This document shows positions 11,851-28,537 of a DNA stretch of 64,000 nucleotides, one piece after another (within the stretch, counting starts at the first letter, position 1; each line of letters starts with the position of its first letter). The notes below the pieces were generated by a model, which was given only the letters and a program-made list of their open reading frames with translations, had not been told where the DNA came from and searched no databases. Location: the NCBI RefSeq assembly GCF_009914755.1, contig NC_060945.1. One strand, 5' to 3'. Source of the DNA: the human T2T-CHM13v2.0 reference genome, Homo sapiens. A program made the translations under genes and the position numbers.

Positions 11851-13859
11851 CTCCCAACCCCCTTCTAATAACATTATCTTCAAAAGCATTTGTTCAATGT
11901 CTGTGTGCAAAGCCAGCTTTTAGAAGTATCAGAAGAAATTCAGATGCTCATCTGTTTCCATCAGACACTTGGTAGGAACAGGCATCCAGTGTTGGAAGCC
12001 AGAGGGATACAAAGAAGGAAGATTGTAAAACCAAAGTTAAGATTTTCTCAGTGGAAGTTAGTGAGAAAGTAGGAGTCTAAGATGGTAGTTTTGTCTAAAA
12101 TTTCTGGAAATATCAGGAGAGAGCAGTACAACAAAGGCAGGTTTACTTTGCAGTAAGCCTTTGATAATAGAATTCCGTTCATTCTCTGTATGGAGGGGAA
12201 ATGCACATGATATTTCAATGCAAACTTGATGGCCCTTTCTTGGTCCAGAGTGGTTCAGTGTATTCTTTCTGTTTTGTTGCAAGATTGGGGGACTCAGCCT
12301 GATTTCCTTGTCTTCTCTGGCTGACACTACACTGTCCCATGGATATTTTTCCTCTCCTTAGGTTTCTTCAGCTTGCTCTTTCTTTTTTGCCTCTAAAGAC
12401 AAAACTACACAAGTTCCTTCTATGTTAAGGATATAATTACCCCCGCTAAAAGGAAATAAGGAAAAAGGGAGATTTTTTAGAAAGCAGGAGGAAGGTACAT
12501 AGTTCACAAAAAGTGGCCACCAAGATGAACTATGTGCTACAAAATATTTCTGCCCCCAGCTTAAGTCCTGGGTGTCAAGTATTCTAAACCTATTGAATCT
12601 TTCTGACTGTGTTCTTAGAAGTGATCAAGGCCAGGTCATGAAGTAAAAATAACATGGTAATGAATCCATCCCTAATGTCTCTGAGGCTTTCCAATCAAGT
12701 TTACTCTGTCCACTACGTTTTTGGTGTTTAATTTCCTCAGTATTTCTCAATGTCTGTTGTGAGTATACAGTTTGATATTGTGAGGACATAGTTTAAAATT
12801 AAAACTCTAAATTAACAAGCCATTTGGGATCCAGAAAAGATCTGGAAATTCTATACTCTGACTTTTGATGAAAATCATGGATTCTGATCATCAATATTAA
12901 CTTGAGAAAATTCTCATTTTCCAAATACATATGAAGTAAATAAAAAAGGAAACGGGCAGAGAGCGCTCATAGGCTATAACATTTATTACAAGTAAGAAAA
13001 ACAACTGTTGTTATAAGGAATACATCTAGCTTGCTCCTAGGAAATTAATCTTATTTTTCTTTTTTACTTTCCAAAAGTTCACAGACTGAGTCAGTTGGCA
13101 TTTATATTTGTAATTTAGAGAAAGTAGGTCTTATCATGAAAAAGAGAAAATTATTTTCCTGCATTTCCATACTTAGGACAGTTTGGATGTTACTTTAAAA
13201 TGTTAAATTTAAAAAGTGATTCAATGTTCTAACAAATACACTCAGTGTAATTATATTTATAATTTTCAGGAAATTAAAATGTAATTACTGCCCTTTAGAA
13301 GATATTAGTTGCTGTGCTATGAAATATTATCTAACACTTCAGTGGTATCAGTATTGATATGGGCATTGGTGAACAGTGCGGGGGTGATAGAGGAGCAGAT
13401 GATTATGAGATGAAGAGTTGACAGAGAAGCCTGTCTTGTGTTGGATGACGTAGCTGGGTATAATGTATGTATTTGCCCCTCAAGATGCCTCAGGGATACA
13501 CTAGGCTTCTCCATGATACAGCAAATGAGGGGTTAATGCCTAGAAACAGGGTCTTCCTAAAACCCTGCACACACTTGGTATCCAAGCTTATTGGATTGAG
13601 AGTATTTTCGGCAAGTTGACAGAAACTCCATCTCTTATAGCTGGCCTGAATTTTCTTGTGTAAAAGTTGAGAATAATTATTAAATAAATATTCTAGTTTC
13701 TCAGCTAGTATGATTTATTAAATCCTTCAGTCAAGGGTATGTTAGATGATAGATTAAATGACTCCTCAAACACCAACATGCCTAGCATGCAGTGTTGCTT
13801 TCAAGGCTCTGTTGAGCACCCTGGCCAAATTCAATAACATGTCCCTAATTTTCAGATCC

Positions 13860-14520
13860 GAGGAAGATTTTTTTCAGTTCTCATCTTAACTTTCCAGAGA
13901 CATTTGATACAATTGAGTGTTCCTTGTTTTGAAACCTTTCTTGGCATTCCAGAAGCCAAGTTTTGGTCTCTTTGCTCACCAACTGTCATTCCTGTCTCCT
14001 TCACCAGATTCTCTTATTCTGTTATCTCCTCAAATTTGGTGTTTTTCAGAATCTGTTCTTGATCTTTTCCTTTTCTTACAGGATAATGGACTATTATCTG
14101 TTTCCATGATTTTAACCCATTCCTACACATCGATGGCTCCCCGGTCATTCTCTCTTCTCCAGGAGTCTCTTGATCAACATTCCTCCTCAATTCCCTATTC
14201 AGTCCCCCAAACCTGAAAGCTTTTCTCTACATGCCTCCCACATTCAATTAGTCTTCAAAAAATAATACTTGTTTTTATTTCTCAAGTTTGTACTCTCTGC
14301 TGTGTTTACTTCTCACTGGAGTTAGTTCAGGTCTTCATCTTTTTTTATGTTTTAGTTTCTTTATTTCAATAACATTCAAACTCAACTACATTATATTTGC
14401 TTCTTCGTCTCTCTCCTAAGACATACAAAGACGTGCCTTTGTCATCCCCTATATTCCGAGTGCCTAATAGTATCTGCTACATAGTAGGTGTTCTATAAAT
14501 GCTTACTGACTGAACAGTAC
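13860..14520 (+). mobile_element. L2 fragment with 3' end
   Basis: catttgatacaattga; terminal catagtaggtgttctataaatgcttactgactgaa. Confidence 0.7.
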
Positions 14521-16166
14521 ACTGTATCTGGATGTTCACCTTCTTTGGGGAACATTGTTTTACCTCTCTCCCTATGCGTAAGACTTCAGTGTTATTGTAG
14601 CATGTTCTCTTACCTCTTCTTTATGCCTGAGAATTAAGCTCATGACCATTGAAGTGTCAATTGTCCATATGCATATCAGTTCAGCTAGTGCTACCTAAAA
14701 GCAAGTTTGGCCCACAGTGAGCATCTTGTTGTCAATGATCAGTTTTGAAAGGTTCCTCTGGGAATCTCATTAATCTCTGTTAGTAGGGACATCTTGCACT
14801 GCTGCTTTCCAAGAAGCTGCCAGATGGCTCAGAGAAAAGCTTCATTATTTAAAATCTTTTCAGAGGCATCCAGGGAAAATGTTGTGGGCAAATATTCAAA
14901 CAAGATCAGTAAGTGAAGCAGTGGCTAGGGGAAGGATATCATTTAACTTACCTATCCCCAGCTGATGCTTACTTGCTTCTGAGCAGAGAGAAAAAGTCTG
15001 ATTTACTGACTCATCACAGTTCCTGAATGGTGATTGTTAATCCTTAAGAGCCATCTCCAGTGAGCAGGCTGCAAACAAATCCTTTAACAAAACCTTTAAA
15101 AGATGTCTTAGAGATGGGATTAAATTGCTAATATGATTTTTGTTAAAGACTAATATATGGTAAAAAAGTGGCTCTCAAATATTAACAAGCTTTGGATGAT
15201 AAATGCTCAGTACAAGAGAGGTCACAAAAAGAATGGACAACAGTGAATGGGCTCATTTGGAGAAGAAAGGGTCTAGTATTTGCTACCCTAAGGTTTTCAT
15301 TGTTTCTTCTTCAGTCTTTAATGTGGCCACATCAAAAGGGCTTGAGATGTTAGAAAGAATTGGAAGCAAGACAAATTCAATTTCATGAAGAGAAGTTTCT
15401 AAGAATTTTCCTTGTCCTGGGTAGATCAGACTACACCAGTAAAATTCAAGTTCTTCCAAATATGCAGCTGGATTACACCAGAAGTCAGGGGCTAAATGTT
15501 TAGGGACCTATTTTCAGGGGTGTGGGAAAGCAGGAATACTTGCATTTCTTTATACTTTTCTCAAACATATGGAATCAAGACCATTTATCCTCTTAAAGAT
15601 GTAACCTAAACTTATCCTAAAAGCTCTGGTTGATGCATTTTGGAGCATATAAATAGCTAAATAGCTTATTTTTAACCTTGATAAATAGGACCATTCTCTA
15701 ATATGAAGCATTGAGGGTGTAATCAATGCTATTTCATTGTGCTAGATGAGAGGTCAGGTTTTAATGTATACACAGTTTTGGTCTGAAAGGCAGTTTTATC
15801 ATGAGCTGAAGGTAGATTTGGGCAGTGATTCTGAAACAGATTCTCTTGAGTTCTCTTCCAGGAGTCTGATACAGATGGACAAGCTGACCCCGAGGATGTG
15901 TCTGTGCTGTCTGGGGTAGGGTGGCTCCGTGACCATCTGTGAGTAATTACACATAATATCCATACCTGGGAACAAGGAGTTATTTTATTACCAGATGTGA
16001 CCATTAAAAAGATACTTTTAGAAAAACTGGTGGGAAGCCAGCTAGCTGATAAAGTGATATTCTTTTCCCTACAATATAAAAGGCTTTGAGAAAATAAATT
16101 ACATTATCAAAAATATAGTGAATGGTTAATACATCTAGTGAGAATTATTAAGAAGTAATACTTCCA

Positions 16167-16477
<311 letters not shown>

Positions 16478-16717
16478 CTTCCTTCATGGAAAGATAGTCA
16501 AGTAATTCTTCCCAAAAAGGTTGACAGTGAAAAAAGTTTTCTTCATTCTCTTATTCCATTTGGATACACCAGAGATTCCATTCTAGCCATCCATGGGTGT
16601 TCACTTTGTAGAACATATCCCAAAATAGAGTTAGTTGAAACCCTTCTGTTTTGCCGGTAATTACGTAGAAAAATGTTAGATTGGAAAAATGATACTAGAA
16701 GAAGGCACCATCATAGT

Positions 16718-17078
16718 TGTATTGTCCATTTTCGTACTGCTCTGAAGAAATACCTGAGACTAGGTAATTTATAAAGAAAAAGAGGTTTAATAGACTCATA
16801 GTTCCACATGGCTAGGGTGGCCTTACAATCGTGGCTGAAGGTGAAGAGGGGCAAAGGCACATCTTACATGGTGGCAGGCAAGATAGCATATGCAGGGGAA
16901 CTGCCCTTTATTAAACCATCAGATCTCATGAGACTTATTCACTATCATGAGAACAGCATGAGGGTAACTGTGCCCATGATTAAATTACCTCCCACTGGGT
17001 CCCTCGCATGACATGTAGGGATTATAGGAACTACAATTCAAGATGAGATTTGGATGGGGATGTAGCCAAACCATATCA
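16718..17078 (-). mobile_element. THE1D/MSTA-type solo LTR
   Basis: tgtattgtccatttt to gccaaaccatatca termini. Confidence 0.9.
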
Positions 17079-18509
17079 ATTATCATTTTTCTGACAAGAA
17101 AACAACCTTTTTTTTTTTCTGTGCCATTGGTTTCTGTATCTTTTTAAAGCTTCTCTCTATTATCTAGCTGAAGGCATGCCATGATTCTCCTCTGTCTTTC
17201 TTATATTCTTGGAATCATTTTAGCCATTTATAACCCTTTACATTAATGATCACAGAAAAGCACAAGAAAAACAAAAGGATTTGGCTAAAATGAAATCACC
17301 TTATATTTAATCTGTTAATGGCTTTTTTTTCTTCCATCAATAGAAACAACTTGCCAAAAAATCACAAATATACACAGTTATGGGAAAATGTATTCAGAGT
17401 ACATAATCATACCCTATTATTTGTCTTTGACTGTGAAACTATTTAATCAAGAGACTTGTTAAATCAGAGATTATACAAGTTAACATAACATTCATGCTTT
17501 GAAATTTCTTCAAGAAAGAAAAGCTACCTTTGAAGCCGAAATGAAATAAAATAATTGTCTTTTATGTATCAAATCCATCTTATTTAATGATCGATACATG
17601 TGTTTCATATTTTACATGTGAATGACCCACAAAAAGCCATAAAACTTATGTAAGCAGAGTAAAAGGAAATTAAAAGTAGAGAAAGAATATTCATAGAATG
17701 AATTCATATACATAGAAACAAGCACACAGTCACACACACACACGCACACATGCGTGCACGTGCTGAACATGAAAATGCCAAAACGAAGGAGAATTCATTT
17801 ATTTAAGTTTAAATAATAGAGAAGCCAATTTAATTTGGCAGAGGCTTCAGTGGATGTTACTGTGGCTATGCTGTAAAATACTTTTCTTTTTCAGAGTAAG
17901 TGGGTATATATATTTGTGGGTAGTGTTGCCTTTTACTTAAGAATTGGTTCCAGTATATTTCAGTATTTGTTTTAGAAAGGTTTGTTTTGAATCTTTGTTT
18001 CTAACAGGTTAAGGATTATTTCCCAGACAAATAATTCCTGGTTTAATGATTCCTGGTTTCCTGAGTGTCCATAAACATTGCCAAATTCTCACTTTACTTT
18101 GTGATCTAACATAATCAATGTTAACTGTCCGTCTGGATGTCTTAGATTACTTTTGATTTGCTTGATTTATTTCTGGTTTGCTTGATCTATTTTGATCAAG
18201 TTAACCAGATAGCTGCCAATAGCCATTTTTATTATGTGTCACAGTGCCACGGATGTGTTGGGGCAGCAACTGCTGGTTTCCCCATGTCCTGTTTAGTACT
18301 TTCCTTTGTTGCATATAGACAAATGAAATAGAAGCCAAGAACATCTGGAAACCATCAGTAAATAACAGTTTGGAAATTTCTGCTTCATTTGGACTTGTCA
18401 TACTTCAGAAAAGACTATTCATAATATAATTAAATTTACATTTTAATTTCTTCTGGAAAGTTCATCTACTTGATAATCTCTTAAACCATTTATTTTTAAT
18501 TTTCATTGT

Positions 18510-19165
18510 CATCATCCCAATTTAGCAATAACTGCACTTAACCCTCTCTACCTCCTCAAATGTACACATCTGGTCTCCAGTTATAATAGGTTTCTTCCTA
18601 AAACTTAGAATGGAGAATCTTATTCCCTACATTATAAGCCTCTAAAGTCTTCCAATGGTGTATTGAAAAAATATTCAAGCTCATTAGTTATAAATTCAAA
18701 ATTCACCATATGCTGGAAACTGTTTGTTCTTACCTCTATCTCATCTTTTCACAATATATAGTGCAGTCATATTTTTCTATTTCACCATTAGTGCTTTTCC
18801 TTTGCTTCCTTCATTCCTTCCATCCTCCTCCTCCTCCTCTTCCTCTTCCTCCTTCTTATTATTATTGTTTTAATTTTTATTGATGGAGTATTCAACTTTG
18901 AAATGCCACCTCTGCCACTCCCTGCTCCATTACAATAAATTGCTACTTCCGTGGGCTTCTGTAAGCACGTGTTTATACTCTTATAATGCATTTGTTTTAA
19001 TTCTTGTCTTATAGATGATTTCACGTCACTTTCTTCTGCTAGATTGTGAGTTTCTTGAGCAGAGGGTCCACATTTCATTCACCATGGTATCTCACAGCAC
19101 GTATAATAATGGCCTTTTTACTAACACAATAAAAGTTAGTAAAGGGGAAAAAGAATGAATGCATA
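18510..19165 (+). mobile_element. L2 fragments with an embedded (TCC)n tract (about 18813-18856)
   Basis: ctagattgtgagtttcttgagcagagg L2 3' motif; TCC repeat seen directly. Confidence 0.6.
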
Positions 19166-20276
19166 GATGACTCAGTGTCACCTTGCCATAAAAAGAAAAA
19201 CTAGAGTTACATGACCAAGATATCTCAAATTTAAAATTACTTAATTGTTCTATTGAATGACAGCGTTATAAATACCTATCAAGAGAAGGTAATTTTTTTT
19301 TTTTTTTTTTTTAAACAGGGGACTTATTTTGGCAATAGAAAACTGAGCTGGATGGATTGTGGTTATGATACAACATGCAAATTCCTATGTTCTTGTATAT
19401 ATCACTATTGAAATATAATTTCTTAAATATTTTAATATTATATGTCTAACGGAATCCACCTCTGCATATGCAGAGGCATCTGTCAGGTTCAGATTTGATA
19501 AGAAATGATGGAGAGATGGCATTCATGTCATCAGCCAATATATTTAGGATTTGAGCTCAAGAGCCTAATCCTAAATTAAATCTAGGGAATCCCAATGAAG
19601 GTTTTGCTTAGTTCTGGCAGTTGTAAACACAGTTTAGAAAAATACAGTTTTTTCTTTCTAACAGATTGTGGATTATTTCCCAGATGAAGAATTCCTGGTT
19701 TAACGATCAGTTAAAACACAGTTCCACATTTGGGCGGCAGTAGGTATTACTAAGAAAACAGAAATTGAAGGGGCATGCAAGAAATGGGTTGTGAAAGATA
19801 GAAAGAAAAATTGTTTGCCTTGCAATCTTTCTTAGAGTTTAAACAGGCTTTTCAATTGGCCCACCTAGATGGAAATGGATTGAGTCCGCACTTGTCTAGT
19901 TCTTATTTCCCAGGTCAACTTAACTACAGGGAAACACACTAAAAGCATGGATTGTAATCAAGAAATACATGGCAGGGTGTAAGCCTCTGCACTTGTTGCT
20001 TTGCTCAGTTGTTTTCTTGTATCTGCAGCTACAGAATTGTCTTCCAGGATTTTCCCATCAAATTTTGTAGAGTTGGGGTCATTAACTTCATTGGGAGGAG
20101 AAAAGGGCTTAAAGTAGGGTGATTCCTTGGGTACTAGTCTCCCTTTTAGTAATTCCCTTGAATGACTTGCCTGGGCCTCTAGTTACTACTGATTTCCATT
20201 AGCTCCAGTGTTTGGTGATACAGAAAGCCTCAATGAAATCTTTGCTTTCAAGAGTGATATGATTATTTTCCTGAGC

Positions 20277-20569
20277 TTTTTTTTTTTTTTGAGACGAGTC
20301 TTGCTCTGTTGCCCAGGTTGGAGTGCAGTGGCGCGATCTTGGCTCCCTGCAACCTCCGCATCCGGGTTCAAGTGATTCTCCTGCCTCAGCCTCCCGAGTA
20401 GCTGGGATTACAGGCACCCACCACCATGCCTGGCTAATTTTTGTATTTCTAGTAGAGATGGGGTTTCACCATGTTGACCATGCTAGTCTCGAACTCTTGA
20501 CCTCTAGTGATGTGCCCACCTCGACCTCTCAAAGTGCTGGGATTATAGGAATGAGTTATGCACCTGGCC
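20277..20569 (-). mobile_element. AluS
   Basis: Antisense Alu; TSD ctgagctt. Confidence 0.95.
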
Positions 20570-23500
20570 CCTCTGAGCTTCTTTATGGCCATCAGATAAT
20601 TGTATTTTATTTTAACAGTAGTTTTATTTCTCTGATTATTGAGGTATTTATGTCAAAAAATTGGACTTGGACACTACTAGTATGCTACACTTGTTGATGA
20701 CACAAGTGAGTCTTTTTTCAGTGACTACAAATGTATCATCTAAAGGAGAATCATATCCTTTTACTTAAAAACACATTCTTTTTCTTTCTGGCATCCCTAT
20801 GATATCCTCTTCTTTGTGAGAAATCTTAATTCTAGCTTCAGAGTGTTTTTATTTTCAGTTTCTCCCTAAGAGCTTGGTTTTTCTTATGCAAATTGGGACT
20901 CTAGATTTACCTCAAGCTCTATGATTTCCTGAACTGAATGAGTCCAGTAGGTTCTACTGTGGTCTTCAAAATGCCTCCTGTGTAGTAACATGTTACCTCA
21001 AAATGTCTTTACTGCTTTCTACTTGGCAATGTACATCTTCTTTCAACAGGAGATACATGGTTTGGATTTGAGGAAAGGAGGAGTGCAAAAAAGTGCAAGG
21101 AGAGTGTACATACTTTCCGTAACTAGGGTCTTTTTTCAAGCAGTCTCTGACATATTTCTATTGGTTCAGGGTCAATCGATTAATCAATCAACAGATTCAT
21201 GAAATGTTTGTTGCATACCTACTATGTGCCCAACAATATCCCTTTCCTTAAAGGGCAGAATCATGTCAGGACCAATGCCTACCTTGTTGGTTGATACGTC
21301 GGATGGTCACTTAACTGTGTAGTTCAATCTTGGTCCCTTCAGAACCCATGAGTGGAACAATGGTCTCTATTAAAACAATGTTTATCTTGCATCATTGCGG
21401 AAGTTGTGCTGAAACACTCCAAATACTCCAGTGGTAAAGTTAAGCAGCATTCATGGCTAAATTCCTTCATCCTTAGGCCATCTGCCTTTTGCCTAGGTCT
21501 GTTGAGAACCTGCACATTTTCTCTCAAGCTTTGGCAACTGTGTGTCTTGGGTGGGAGAGAATGATAGGGCCTCCTCCTCCATAGTCATGCCAACTATCAG
21601 GAACCTCTCCATAGTTTTGTCCTGTCAGTTTCCTGTTACTAAAAGCCAGGGGCTTATCCATGTTTCAGGTCATGCTTGTTTGGTGTTACTAGCATGTCTT
21701 TTTCCGATTATTTACTGTTTTCCCTCTGTACCTTGAATGGCTTTGTGTAGAACTCAGAAATACAACACATAGTATTTTCTTGGCACCTGGTTTCCTCATC
21801 TTTTGCACGAAAGTGGCTGGAACTGATGTGCTTGTTTGGAGTTGGTCTCTGTTAAAATAAATTTCTCAGTCTCTGATAAATAAAAAATTATTTTACCTTA
21901 TTTCCCCCTTTAATTAGATTCTGCCCTAATGGTTTCTTTTTTTTCAGAAACAATTTTACTTTTCTTTCACCAAAGAAAGTACAAACCTGATGAAGGAAAA
22001 TTCATGCCTTGTTAGTCTTCCAATTCCCCTTCCCTCTCCCTAGTCTCTAGCACAGTGACAATCACATGGTGGACACCTGACAAACATTTACCAAATGCTA
22101 ACCAATGGGATCAATGCAGAGTTCATCTGGAATTTCTCACCATGCAGGGTATTTCTCTTAGTTGGATGGAAGAATCTTTATTTTATTCTTACTGTTGATT
22201 CCCCTGTACTTGGAACATATGCCATTTCAGAACTCAGTGGTTGTATTACTGAATATCTTTTAACTGTAGAAATCAAAGGGCCCTTGGGAATAAGAATTTC
22301 TTTATGCAACAGAGTTAGGAGCTTGCTAGGAACCATCAATGGTTTTCTTGTAACTTTTAAGAAAATGATATATTTCAAGAATGTGGACACCTGGGGTAAC
22401 TGCTTAAGTTCCTTTTAAGAATATCAATTTATTATTTTACTCAACATGACTAAATGAAGCTGTTGCTCACCTGAATTCTTCCAATTTATTAGTTGAGAGC
22501 ATAAATAAGTTGCTTCAAATGCCAAAGTCCTGGGTAATTTTCTTCTCATATTCACTTTATATTAAATATTCATTGGTGAGTTTTTTAAGGGTCAAAAGCC
22601 AAAATAGTTCATTCTGTTGCACAAATTATAGCCATATGGCATTTTATGTTCATATAGAAATTAAATGGTAAAGATTCATATTGATATCTTGAATTTTGCA
22701 ATTTGTTTTTGACACAAGGAGGGAATAAATACATAGAAGAAAAGAAAAGAGAAAGATGTAAGATATAGAGGAGAATAAATGCTAACATTGTATTATGAAT
22801 GCCATTTTAAATAACAGGTATCCATATAAAAATGTTAAATGAAACAAATTTGTAAGCAGGTAACAGAACTAGTGGCTTTATAGCCTAAATGCTGAATTAA
22901 GTTTTCATTAGGAAATGAATATTGGGTTATATTACATTTTGAGAAAGTCATATTTTTCTGTTAGTGACAGTGTATACCATTTTTATGAGAAGGTAAAAGT
23001 TAGCTATTTAAAGAAAGCAATTATTTTGTGAGCAGTTTGGAATAAGTGTGAAAGTGGCTTGTCCTCTCTTCTTTCTGAATCCTGGAGATACAGTGTGGTA
23101 TTTTAAACAACAGCATGTAGTATAATGCCTAAGAGAGTACTTTGAGGCATTACTATGATATTAAATATAGATTATAAGCTTCAATGTCCTAAAGGTGTAT
23201 ATGACTTTAAGGCTTCTTAATATTTTAATACATGAATAATTATTGGGCTCTTCTCTTTGGGCCTCAGATAATAATCTTACTGAATGGGGGAACCATCTTT
23301 CTATTTGCTTCATGTTTTAATGTAGAAGAATATCTGTTAGAGTAACACTCCTGGCCTCTTTCCCACCCATTACTCATTTCAAACCATGAGAAGAAGTATG
23401 TCCTGATTGACAGGTGACATCTGGGTGCAGCTTCTCTATTGGATCCTGGGTATTCACTCTCGTTTCTTTCTCACATTGCCCTGGACCGATATTAGTAACC

Positions 23501-23974
23501 AAAGTTGAATAAGTGCATCTATTCTGTGGTATCAAAATTTTCTTTGGTGGACTTCCTGAAGAATATAGTGTGTGTGTTTGGGGGTTGGGTGGTGGGAGTT
23601 TGGGAGCAGGGAAGGTAGTAAGCCCTTTGACCACAAAACTCTATTTACATTTCTTAATCAGCTTACAAAAATAAGGCCACTATTTTAATTTTTATCTTTC
23701 TGTCTTCGCCATCTTATTTCTCAATTTGTTCCAAAATTGACAGGCAAAGAAAGGAGTGTTATATCTCTAATTCTGCCAAACCTCAACACTTACTGTAATA
23801 AGGAAGGTGTTTGGGGTGTAACCATTCATTTCATGAATGATGTATGGAATAATGCCTTAACTAAAGAGAAGAAGGTTTTTTCTAGAATATTACTCCACCT
23901 AGACTGAGATGTATCTGCCCAATGGCATTATTGATACTTATTAGAAGCTTGAGACATCATTACTATGCATTTTT

Positions 23975-24120
23975 TGTTTTTTAATTTTTTTTTATTTTAA
24001 TAGGTTTTTGGTGAACTAGTGGTATTTGGTTGCATGAATAAGTCCTTTAGTGGTGATTTCTGAGATTTTGCTACACCCATCACTTGAGCAGTGTACATTG
24101 TACCCAATGTGTAGTCTGTC
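23975..24120 (-). mobile_element. L1PB-type 3' terminal piece with poly(A)
   Basis: aataggtttttggtgaac..tttagtggtgatttctgagatttt..gtacccaatgtgtagtct. Confidence 0.8.
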
Positions 24121-25020
24121 TTTAATTTTTTTAAATTATACTTTAAGTTCTGGGATACATGTGCAGAACGTGTAGGTTTGTTACATAGGTATACACATGC
24201 CATGGTGGTTTGCTACATCCATCAACCGGTCATCTACATTAGGTTTTCTCCTAATGCTATCCCTCCCCTAGCCCCCACCCCCCAACAGGCCCTGGTGTGT
24301 GATGTTTCCCTCCATGTGTCCATGTGTTTTCATTGTTCAATTCCCACTTATGAGTGAGAAGATGTGCTGTTCGGTTTTCTGTTGGTGTGTTAGTTTGCTG
24401 AGAATGATGGTTTCCAGCTTCATCCATGTCCCTACAAAGGACATGAATGCATCATTTTTTATGGCTACATAGTATTCCATGATGTGTATGTGTCACATTT
24501 TCTTTATCCAGTCTATCACTGATGGGCATTTGGGTTGGTTCCAAGTCTTTGCTCTTATGAACAGTGCTGCAATAAACATACGTGTGCATATGTCTTTATA
24601 GTAGAATGATTTATAATCCTTTGCGTGTATACCCAGTAATGGGATTGCTGGGTCAAATGGTATTTCTAGTTATAGATGCTTGAGGAATCACCACACTGTC
24701 TTCCACAATAGTTGAACTAATTTACACTCCCACCAACAGTGTAAAAGTGTTTCTATTTCTCCACATCCTCTCCAGCATCTGTTGTTTCCTGACTTTTTAA
24801 TGATCGCCATTCTAACTGGCATGAGATGTTATCTCATTGTGGTTTTGTATTGCATTTCTCTAATGACCAGTGATGATGACCTTTTTTTCATATGTTTGTT
24901 GGCCACATACATGTCTTCTTTTGAGAAGTGTCTGTTCATATCCTTTACCTACTTTTTGATGGGTTGTTTGTTTTTTTCTTGTAAATTTGTTTAAGATCTT
25001 TGTAGATTCTGGATATTAAC
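24121..25020 (-). mobile_element. L1PA (about PA7/8) 3' segment
   Basis: ttatactttaagttctgggatacatgtgcagaacgtg to ttgtagattctggatatt. Confidence 0.95.
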
Positions 25021-27106
<2,086 letters not shown>

Positions 27107-27644
27107 TGCTATGCATTCTCTAAGGATTCTGTTCTAAGAAATCCACAGACTTCTTACTAAGTTGCCTTGTTAGGTTACTATCTTTCAGGAAAAAAAAAAA
27201 AAAAGGACCTCAGAAAAGGGACTACTTAGGAATTAGTAACACTATTCTTTTTATTTTTATGCTCTTCTCCTTCTCTTCCCCTTCCTCCTTGCTCAGCTTA
27301 AGCCATGGAGAGATCAAATAAATGTATGTACTGGGGAAATAGGTGTAGGGTAGATTAAGGTAAAATCCAGATTAAATTAATGTAGTGAAAAATGACAATG
27401 GCTTATCTACTTCTCTGTGCCAGAGTGAGATTCCTCCAGGAAGGGATGCCCCTTGTTTCTATTTTCACTTCTCATTCTGGTTGTCTTACAATGGGGATTT
27501 TGAATCCAACATGAAGTCTTTGGAAACTAAGCAACGTTTTGCAAAACCACACAGATATGATGAACCAAAATGACATTGATAATAAATAACCTGGTTAGTG
27601 GGGAATCAAGTTTGTTGGATATTAAATGCCTCTCCAATTTTTAG

Positions 27645-27956
<312 letters not shown>

Positions 27957-28432
27957 AGAATTTTTAGTTTAAATACAGTTTTATTCAAATAACCAATGTC
28001 TTTTAACTATTGAAAAATGAAGTAAAAGAAAAAATACTTTTTGATAAAGTTGTCTTTAAAATTGATTTTAAAGTCTTGAAATTTGGGTTATTTTATATTG
28101 TATAGTATAATTTGAAAATTATTTTAGTTAAACAGTACATCAAAGAGGATAATTCTTTGCAAAACAAAACATCTTTAATCACTAACAAAAGGCTCATTAA
28201 TGAATCAATAAATATGGAAAATGAACTATGTCAGGAGAATAGAGATTGCCAAATGTCAAACAATTTTATAAAAAGACATTAATTCTGAGGCAGTCAAAAT
28301 GTACTTTATATATATATATAAAATATATAAATTTAAAATAATATATATTATAGACATATATAAAATATATGTAAAACCTATTGTATTGTTCAAGATAGCT
28401 ATTTGAAGTTGCGTTTAAAAAGACCAGTGACA

Positions 28433-28537
28433 GGCCTGGTGCAGTGGCTCATGCCTGTAATCCCAGCACTTTGGAAGGCCAAGCCAGGTGGAGCACGAGG
28501 TCAGGAGTTCAAGACGAGCCTGGCCAAGATGGTGAAA
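28433..28537 (+). mobile_element. Alu left-arm fragment
   Basis: ggcctggtgcagtggctcatgcc to gatggtgaaa, then an abrupt end. Confidence 0.9.

Noticed and set aside
18788-19078. ORF with an Arg/Lys run resembling an NLS
   Set aside because: Produced by the (TCC)n simple repeat within L2-like DNA
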